From a virus: a DNA stretch of 64,000 nucleotides. The stretch covers positions 32,001 through 96,000 of IMG/VR virus record IMGVR_UViG_3300047471_000162. The stretch is one strand, 5' to 3'. Shown piece by piece: positions 9,977-17,450 of the stretch. How positions within the stretch are numbered: the first letter of the stretch is position 1; the number at the start of each line of letters is the position of its first letter. The translations under genes and the position numbers were made by a program. The notes below the pieces were generated by a model. The model was not told the DNA's origin, ran no database searches, and saw nothing but the letters and a program-made list of their open reading frames with translations.

Positions 9977-12900
9977 ATGCCAATTACTCCTCCAACAATT
10001 GGACAGCTAAATTGGGGCCCTCCCCTTAATGCAGCTCTAGAAACTTTAGATACTGAAGCCACAGGGGCTGTAACAATTGCAAATGCCTATACAGATAGTT
10101 CTATTCTCACTGAGATAACCAGAGCTAACACAGCGTACTTGGCCAAGACATCTAATTTGTCAGATCTTAGTAACGTTGCTAGTGCTCGAAGTAACTTGGG
10201 GTTGGGAAATTCGGCCACTAGAAATGTAGGAACTACTGCGGGCACTGTAGCTGCTGGAGATGACTCACGTCTTACTGGAACTCTTCTAGCTGCTAATAAT
10301 TTAAGTGATTTAAATAACGCTACAACTGCCAGAACTAACTTGGGCTTAGGTAATGCTTCCACGCAAAATGTAGGCACTACATCTGGAACTGTTGCAGCCG
10401 GAGATGATTCCAGAATCACAGGAGCTGAGCAGGCAGCAAATAAGGGAGCGGCCAGTGGCTACGCTCCCTTGGACTCTGGATCTCTACTACCTACTGCTAA
10501 TCTTCCTTCAGTACCCTATGCGAAGCTTCCTGTCGGTACTGCGGTAAACACTGTGGCCGCTGGCAATGATTCTCGTATTACTGGCGCGCTACAATCAGGT
10601 GCAGCAGCAGGCGGAGACTTAACAGGAACTCTCCCTAATCCAACCTTGACTGCTTCTTCAAATGTAGAATCAATTATCAGAGCTAATCGACTTGATCAGT
10701 TTGCAGCACCCACTGCTAACATCTCTATGAATAGCAATAAGATTACTAGCCTAACTAACGGTAGTTCCTCTAGCGATGCTGCGGCGTTCGGTCAAATACC
10801 TACTACTCTACCACCCAACGGTTCTGCTGGCGGTGACCTTTCAGGTACTTACCCCAACCCCACCGTAGCGAAGCTTAACGGGGTCTCTGCGGCTGGAACT
10901 CCGACCAGTGGTCAGGTTCTTACTGCTACCTCCGGATCGGCCGCTACGTGGCAATCTCCGGCTTCTACGCTACCTCCTAGCGGAGCTGCAGGTGGAGATT
11001 TGACAGGTACTTACCCTAACCCAACATTATCCGCTACAACGAATGTAAATAATATCGTCAGAGCCAATAGGCTAGATCAAATGGCTGCCCCAACTGCTGC
11101 GGTATCTCTTAACAGTCAGAAGATTACAGGACTAGCCAACGGGACTGTATCTACAGACGCGGCAGCATTCGGCCAGATACCTACTACTCTTCCACCATCG
11201 GGTTCAGCAGGAGGGGACTTAATAGGTACGTATCCAAATCCTACATTAAGTGCTACATCTAATGTTGAAACAATAATTCGCGCTAATAGTCTAGATCAAT
11301 TTGCTGTACCAGCTGCGGATATCTCTTTGAACTCCCATAAGATAACTAATCTAACAGCGGGAGTTGCAGGAACTGATGCAGCTAATGTAGGTCAATTACC
11401 AACTACCCTGCCACCGAATGGTTCGGCAGGTGGAGATCTTACAGGAACTTATCCTAACCCTACACTTGCTGCCACCTCCAATGTTGAAACTATTATTCGC
11501 GCCAATAGATTAGATCAGTTTGCGGCACCTAATGTTGATGTACCATTTAATGCTAAGAAGATAACTAATCTAGCTAATGGTATTGCCGGAACTGATGCGG
11601 CAACAGTAGGACAGCTTCCTACTACTCTTCCACCGAATGGCACAGCTGGTGGAGATTTAATAGGTACATACCCAAATCCAACACTGAATGCTACGTCTAA
11701 CGTCAACACAATTATTCGTGCTAATAGACTTGATCAAATGGCAGTACCCACTGCGTCAGTTAGTGTGAATAGCCAGAAGATAACTAGCTTGGCCAATGGC
11801 ACAGTAAGTACAGACGCTGCTGCCTTTGGACAAATTCCAACCACACTTCCTCCTACAGGAACCGCTGGAGGAGATCTATCTGGGACATATCCTAATCCTA
11901 CTGTGGCAAAGATCAATGGTATTACCCCTTCTGGAACCCCTGCTGTAGGTCAGGTTCTTACTGCCACTGGTCCTGCTACCGCTTCCTGGCAAACACCACC
12001 TACAGCACAGTTCTATACGCCACACAAGTTAGCTATTTTCTATGGTGTTCCTCAGGGTGTTAACAGCATCTTTGATGATAATCAAGCGGCGCAGATATTC
12101 AGCAAGTATGACTATGTAGTATTTGGGGCTGGACTAGAAGACCCTGGTAATGCGTATCATGCCTCAACAATTAACATCATAAATATTATGAAGGGTCTCA
12201 ACCCTATTGTTAAGGTATTCGGTTATATAGATATTGGAGTAACCACAGGAAACTACACTATTCCACAAATGGAAACCTTTGTGGATCAATGGGTAGCTAC
12301 GGGTATCGATGGAATCTTCTTTGACGTTGCTGGCTATGACTTTCAAGTTCCACGTTCTCGTCTGAATACTATGGTTGACTATGTGCATACTAAGAATATG
12401 GGTGCCTTTGTTAATGCATTCAATCCCGATGATGTAATGAGTTCTGCTGTAGATCCAACCTATAATCCCTCAGGTACTCCCACAAAGATGGACTTTAGAG
12501 ATTTCTATCTTCTAGAATCCTGGGTATGTAATACTGACGCGTATACTGGTAATAATGGCTTCGCCATTATGTTTGATATCAAGACTAGAGCAGATAAGGC
12601 TAGAGCCTATAGAAATACTCTAGGTGTTCGTATTATGTCTACGAATATTGTTAATGTAACTTCTACATCCCGAGTTGATACTGAGCGATTCTTTAAGATG
12701 GTTGAAGGTATGGCTATTATATTCGGGATAGACGGATATGGAATAGCCCCTTCTAGCTATGGTTCTTTTGGGCCTGATGCACAGAAGTGGAATCTAACTC
12801 CACAGTACTCTACTAACTTTCCTAGACTATTCTCACCTTATGCACCCTATACAATAAATGGTTCATTCACTGAAGTAACTAGATGGGATACAGGAGTCAC

Positions 12901-13135
12901 TGTCCACCTGGATTATCTAACCTCAACATACTTCTATCTATTCCCGGAGAATGTGCACGGAGATATTTCGATAGATGGTCAGTTGGCGCATACTGGAAAT
13001 ACTGTAGGATTCTATAATGCAGCACCTGTAGTCAAGCCAACAATTACAGGGGCTAAGGGTGGTAATGCTGCTCTTGCTTCATTGCTTACTCAATTAGTAA
13101 CTCTTGGTCTAATCGTAGACACTACTACTGCCTAA
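9977..13135 (+). CDS. Repeat-built fibre with a C-terminal TIM-barrel glycoside hydrolase-like domain (GH114/GH135-like)
   Basis: NLSDL..ARTNLGLG and GTVAAGDDSR fibre repeats; the same 73-aa repeats as the ORF at 90; C-terminal YDYVVFG / KVFGYIDIG / GIDGIFFD motifs. Confidence 0.7.
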   Translation: MPITPPTIGQLNWGPPLNAALETLDTEATGAVTIANAYTDSSILTEITRANTAYLAKTSNLSDLSNVASARSNLGLGNSATRNVGTTAGTVAAGDDSRLTGTLLAANNLSDLNNATTARTNLGLGNASTQNVGTTSGTVAAGDDSRITGAEQAANKGAASGYAPLDSGSLLPTANLPSVPYAKLPVGTAVNTVAAGNDSRITGALQSGAAAGGDLTGTLPNPTLTASSNVESIIRANRLDQFAAPTANISMNSNKITSLTNGSSSSDAAAFGQIPTTLPPNGSAGGDLSGTYPNPTVAKLNGVSAAGTPTSGQVLTATSGSAATWQSPASTLPPSGAAGGDLTGTYPNPTLSATTNVNNIVRANRLDQMAAPTAAVSLNSQKITGLANGTVSTDAAAFGQIPTTLPPSGSAGGDLIGTYPNPTLSATSNVETIIRANSLDQFAVPAADISLNSHKITNLTAGVAGTDAANVGQLPTTLPPNGSAGGDLTGTYPNPTLAATSNVETIIRANRLDQFAAPNVDVPFNAKKITNLANGIAGTDAATVGQLPTTLPPNGTAGGDLIGTYPNPTLNATSNVNTIIRANRLDQMAVPTASVSVNSQKITSLANGTVSTDAAAFGQIPTTLPPTGTAGGDLSGTYPNPTVAKINGITPSGTPAVGQVLTATGPATASWQTPPTAQFYTPHKLAIFYGVPQGVNSIFDDNQAAQIFSKYDYVVFGAGLEDPGNAYHASTINIINIMKGLNPIVKVFGYIDIGVTTGNYTIPQMETFVDQWVATGIDGIFFDVAGYDFQVPRSRLNTMVDYVHTKNMGAFVNAFNPDDVMSSAVDPTYNPSGTPTKMDFRDFYLLESWVCNTDAYTGNNGFAIMFDIKTRADKARAYRNTLGVRIMSTNIVNVTSTSRVDTERFFKMVEGMAIIFGIDGYGIAPSSYGSFGPDAQKWNLTPQYSTNFPRLFSPYAPYTINGSFTEVTRWDTGVTVHLDYLTSTYFYLFPENVHGDISIDGQLAHTGNTVGFYNAAPVVKPTITGAKGGNAALASLLTQLVTLGLIVDTTTA

Positions 13136-13153
13136 TTTGAAAGGAGGCACCAT

Positions 13154-13771
13154 ATGTTTATCTTCAACGAAGATAGAGCCATGATGGATAAATTTCAGAA
13201 CCTGGTAGTACAAGATGTTAATGCACCTGATACTGGTAGACCAGTAGAAGTTTTATGGTTGGATGCAGATGTTGAATTGGCTAACCTTACTTTCCCCAGC
13301 ATAGTAATTTCTAATACTGGAATTACCTATGCCGGGGAAAGAGCACACGCAGGCTGGTTCCAATTACAGTATGCTCCTGAAGGATTTAATAGATGGGGTA
13401 CTGACATGACTGATGTTACACAGTCCCCATACTACGCACAAACACCTATCCCATATAATATTAATTATCAGATAGAAGTTTTAGCAAGAAATAATAAGCA
13501 CGCAACATTTCTCACTTCAGTATTATCAGGTCCAGATTTTCTACATGCACGTTATGGATATCTATCTATTCCAGAAGACGGAACTGTTAGACGAATGGAT
13601 CTAACGTCTGGTCCGGAACGCCAGAGTATTCATGATGGTGATGGTAAGAGATTGTTCCATTCGGTGTATTCTATAAACGTATCCACTGAGCTTCTACCTC
13701 CTGAGATAGAGTCTTACAGTAAGGTTCACACTGTTGTTAAAGATATATCTCTACTTCCTCCAACCATCTAA
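13154..13771 (+). CDS. Tail terminator / completion protein
   Basis: TFPSIVI and PIPYNINYQIEV motifs; immediately before the sheath. Confidence 0.6.
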   Translation: MFIFNEDRAMMDKFQNLVVQDVNAPDTGRPVEVLWLDADVELANLTFPSIVISNTGITYAGERAHAGWFQLQYAPEGFNRWGTDMTDVTQSPYYAQTPIPYNINYQIEVLARNNKHATFLTSVLSGPDFLHARYGYLSIPEDGTVRRMDLTSGPERQSIHDGDGKRLFHSVYSINVSTELLPPEIESYSKVHTVVKDISLLPPTI

Positions 13772-13793
13772 CTATTCATCCAGGAGATAATAA

Positions 13794-15698
13794 ATGGTTT
13801 ACCAGAGACCTGGCGTATATGTTAATACGTCATTGACTCCGCTGACTACTGGGACAACAAGTCCTGGTCAGTCCACAGCGGCATTTGTAGGTGTGCACAC
13901 ACAGGGACCTACTATTCCTACGCTAATCACTAGCTGGAATCAATTTAATACTTTATATGGTGGCTTCGGTAACGGCCAGAATCTATTACCGTTTGCTGTA
14001 TGGCAGTACTTTGCCAATAATGGTAATCAATGTTATGTAGTAAGAGCCACAGGCTCTGACGCTGTAGCCGCTGTAGAGACTGTCAACGACAGAGAAGTTG
14101 GTGCTGGAGGTATTCTTCCACCTACTAACGTAGCTGCCACTCCTGGTGGATCTACAACCCCTTCCCAGCTATATGGGTATACCGTTACAGCAGTTAACGT
14201 CAATGGTGAGACTAATGGTGGAATCGAAGCTACAGTTACTGCTAACTCCACACTTACTTCTGTAAATAACGTAGTAATTACATGGACTCCAGTAACGGGT
14301 GCAACTGGCTATCGCATCTACCGTAGAAATCTAACCCTCTCCGGTCCTCAGCCTACTCCTTTACTATTAACTTCTGTAGTGGGGCAGTCCACAGCTACAT
14401 TCACTGACACTGGTGCATTCACTCCTGTTGGCCCTATTCCTCTTTACAACAGCACAGGTGCTCCTGTTCCTATCCTTAAGCTGACAGCTTCTGCTGTAGG
14501 AGTTTGGGGTAATCAAATCTATGTGGACATCACTGATAGCACTCTAGGCGCCGGACGCGTATCACTAACCGTTCGTTACGGTGGTACCTCAGATTCAAAT
14601 ATCGTAGAACGCTTTGTCGATGTAACTATGAATAGAACAGATCCACGCTACTTAGTAGCTATGATTAACTCTTCTATACTAGGTTCGAAGTACATTCGTG
14701 CTACTGATCTAGGAACATATGTAACATGGACTACTGCGCAGACTCCACAGACCCAATCCGGCGTAGCACTAACCGGTGGTTCTGATGGTGTTGCAACTCC
14801 TAACCTTGTTAGTGCAGTGCAGACACTATCTACGGTCCAGGGAAATATAGACCTGAACCTTCCAGGTATTACTAGCTCTACAACTCTGAATCAAATAATT
14901 ACATTTGTTACAGCTAATCCAAGTCTATTCTTAGTAGTCGACACACCGCCTGCCATCATAGGTTCTGATGGTGTAACACCTAATGAATCCGCAACCGTTA
15001 ATAGTTACCTATCCATGGTTATCGGAAATACTCAGTTGACACCGAATGCTCAGACTGCAATCTATGGCCCATGGCTACAGGTGGCTGATCCTATTTCGAC
15101 AGTGCCAGGAGCTACTAGAACTCTTCCCCCTGGTGGAGCAGTACTAGGTCTTTACTCTCAGACAGACGCTAGAGTTGGAGTACAGAAGGCCCCTGCTGGG
15201 GTTAATATTCCTCTACAGCGTGTAGTTAATGTTGAGCTTCCATTCCAGAATAGTAACTTGGATGTACTAAACACTAACTCTATTAATGTCAATAGATCTG
15301 TTCCAGGTTATGGTTTCTGTGTTATGGGGACTAGAACTCTTCTAACAAGCCTGCCAAGTCGTTATGTAAATATTCAGAGAACACTGAGAAGCATTCAGTT
15401 CAATCTAACAGGACTTACTCAGTTCGCAGTATTCGAGAACAACAATGAGAATCTTTGGTCCCGCTTGACCGCAGTAGTTAAGCAGTATCTACAAGGTATC
15501 TGGCAGCAGGGTGTTCTACAGGGCGACACAGCAGATCAGGCTTTCTTTGTGCAGTGTGACGGTCAGAATAATACCGCTACAACTATTGCTGCTGGTGAAG
15601 TACATGTCAAGGTTGGTCTTGCCTTAAATACTCCTGCCGAATTTGTTGTTATCGACATTAATCAAATGTCCAGCAACTCTACAACAGTAACCGCGTAA
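13794..15698 (+). CDS. Contractile tail sheath protein with an Ig/FN3-like insert
   Basis: RPGVYV start, YFANNGNQCYVVR, QKAPAG, FENN, AFFVQCD, PAEFVVI. Confidence 0.92.
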   Translation: MVYQRPGVYVNTSLTPLTTGTTSPGQSTAAFVGVHTQGPTIPTLITSWNQFNTLYGGFGNGQNLLPFAVWQYFANNGNQCYVVRATGSDAVAAVETVNDREVGAGGILPPTNVAATPGGSTTPSQLYGYTVTAVNVNGETNGGIEATVTANSTLTSVNNVVITWTPVTGATGYRIYRRNLTLSGPQPTPLLLTSVVGQSTATFTDTGAFTPVGPIPLYNSTGAPVPILKLTASAVGVWGNQIYVDITDSTLGAGRVSLTVRYGGTSDSNIVERFVDVTMNRTDPRYLVAMINSSILGSKYIRATDLGTYVTWTTAQTPQTQSGVALTGGSDGVATPNLVSAVQTLSTVQGNIDLNLPGITSSTTLNQIITFVTANPSLFLVVDTPPAIIGSDGVTPNESATVNSYLSMVIGNTQLTPNAQTAIYGPWLQVADPISTVPGATRTLPPGGAVLGLYSQTDARVGVQKAPAGVNIPLQRVVNVELPFQNSNLDVLNTNSINVNRSVPGYGFCVMGTRTLLTSLPSRYVNIQRTLRSIQFNLTGLTQFAVFENNNENLWSRLTAVVKQYLQGIWQQGVLQGDTADQAFFVQCDGQNNTATTIAAGEVHVKVGLALNTPAEFVVIDINQMSSNSTTVTA

Positions 15699-15711
15699 GG
15701 GGTAAGAAAAC

Positions 15712-16290
15712 ATGGCGACTACTATTGCAGCTCCAATCGCTAAGGCGAGTCCATCTATTGCCCACTTGGCAACAGATCCTCTACGAAATTTTAAATTCAA
15801 TGTAAATATTGTTCATCCACATATCCAGGGCTTTGCTACTATGGGCTTTATGACAGTCTCTGGATTAAACATCACTACGGAAGTTATTCCATACCGTGAA
15901 GGTGGAATGAACACGACAACTCAGAAGATGCCTGGGCAGAGTGACTTCGCACCCATCACCCTATCACAAGGAGTGGCTGTAGGAGAAGGACCAATGTGGG
16001 CATGGGTACAGGAACTCTTCACCGTTCAGCAGGGAACAGGAACAGGAAGTCCTGGTCAGGACTTCCGAGCAACTGTTGACATCATGGTTTTGGATCACCC
16101 AGTCACTACTTCACAGGTTCCAGTCAAGGCTATCTACCGTGTGTACAACGCATGGATTACTTCCATGGCTTTCTCTGACCTAGATGCCGGAGCTAATGCA
16201 GTTCTTATGCAGCAGATTTCTCTAGCTCATGAGGGCTTTGATTATAAGCTAGCAACGTCTACAGGTCTTAGTGGTGTAAACTTTAGCTAA
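15712..16290 (+). CDS. Tail tube protein (T4 gp19 family)
   Basis: DPLRNFKF, EVIPYREGG, KMPG, ITLSQG, YNAW, LAHEG. Confidence 0.9.
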   Translation: MATTIAAPIAKASPSIAHLATDPLRNFKFNVNIVHPHIQGFATMGFMTVSGLNITTEVIPYREGGMNTTTQKMPGQSDFAPITLSQGVAVGEGPMWAWVQELFTVQQGTGTGSPGQDFRATVDIMVLDHPVTTSQVPVKAIYRVYNAWITSMAFSDLDAGANAVLMQQISLAHEGFDYKLATSTGLSGVNFS

Positions 16291-16321
16291 TAGTCCGCAA
16301 TAATAAACTGGAGAATTAATC

Positions 16322-17188
16322 GTGCAATATGAGAAGCCTCAATACACCATGAGCTTTGACGATGACGAAACGGGTAATGTAGTAAAGGGCACGGAGGATC
16401 AGCTTAATGAACTGACTAAGCAAGTCCTCCGTGCTATGAACCCTGCCCCAGTCATTGATGAAATGCCGGATACATATATAAAGCTACCTGCTGGATTAAT
16501 TGTAAATGGTGAAGTCGTACAAGAAGCTGAGGTACAGGAATTAACCGGTGAACATGAAGAGCGCTTGGCTAAGGCCAAGGCTTCTAATAACGCAGCCAAG
16601 TATGTCAATACCCTTCTCCAGTGTGGAGTAGTTTCTATCGGTGAGACAAAGGTTACCCAAAAGATTCTTGACTCCCTTATCCAAGGGGATCTAGATACTC
16701 TTCTCATGGGAATTCGTAGAGCCACCTTTGGTGAAGACTTTCAGGTTGATGGAGTTCCCTGCCCACAGTGTGGGGAATTCAATGACCTTGTTCTGAATCT
16801 ATCTGATATTCCTATAAAGGAACTAGAAGATCCGGAAGAGAGAGAATTCTTTGTTCCCCTGCGTAGAAACCGTAAGGCTAAGGTTCAATTCCCTACCGGT
16901 GATGTGCAGAATGAAATCTTTAAGAAGCAGTTAAGTGTTCCAGAGATGAACTCTGTTACTCTAGCCTATTGTGTTATCTCCTTCATTGACTCCAATGGTA
17001 AGGAGAAGATGAGCTCAGGATTAGCAGATGTAAAGAAGTTAGGTCTCGCGGATAGAAAAACTATCCAAGATTTTATATATGAGAACCAACCTGGACCAAG
17101 ATATGACCAGGTAACCGCAGGATGTTATTCCTGCGAAGGTGAGGTTCCTGTCCCATTAAGCGTGGGCATCCTGTTTCGAGAACTGTAA
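16322..17188 (+). CDS. Tail assembly chaperone
   Basis: Lies between tube and tape measure; two CxxC pairs; IRRATFG motif. Confidence 0.7.
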   Translation: MQYEKPQYTMSFDDDETGNVVKGTEDQLNELTKQVLRAMNPAPVIDEMPDTYIKLPAGLIVNGEVVQEAEVQELTGEHEERLAKAKASNNAAKYVNTLLQCGVVSIGETKVTQKILDSLIQGDLDTLLMGIRRATFGEDFQVDGVPCPQCGEFNDLVLNLSDIPIKELEDPEEREFFVPLRRNRKAKVQFPTGDVQNEIFKKQLSVPEMNSVTLAYCVISFIDSNGKEKMSSGLADVKKLGLADRKTIQDFIYENQPGPRYDQVTAGCYSCEGEVPVPLSVGILFREL

Positions 17189-17414
17189 TTACTATAATCT
17201 TTATAATGAGTATGAACAGCTAGTAGATTCATTCGGTTGGAGTCTTAATGAATGTCGTAAGTTATCCCATAGAGAACGTAAACACTGGATAAAGCGAATT
17301 CTATTTAAGCTCGAACTAGAATATGAAAGAATGCATATAGCTAATAATTCAAATCAAGTCATCAATAGATCTGTCGGTCAGGGTGTTACTTTCAACGGAG
17401 TTCCGTATAGGTAA
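17175..17414 (+). CDS. Start-less second chaperone ORF, reached by a +1 frameshift
   Basis: +1 frame FENCNYYNLYNEYEQLVDSFGWSLNECRKLSHRERKHWIKR...PYR*; no usable start codon; overlaps the end of the chaperone gene. Confidence 0.7.
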   Translation, partial: FENCNYYNLYNEYEQLVDSFGWSLNECRKLSHRERKHWIKRILFKLELEYERMHIANNSNQVINRSVGQGVTFNGVPYR

Positions 17415-17450
17415 TATAATGAAGAGTAACGATCTAATCTAGGAGAGCTG

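Noticed and set aside
1200-11900. CRISPR array or DGR template/variable repeats
   Set aside because: The repeats are in-frame protein repeats with synonymous divergence; there are no spacers, no adenine-specific variation and no reverse transcriptase.
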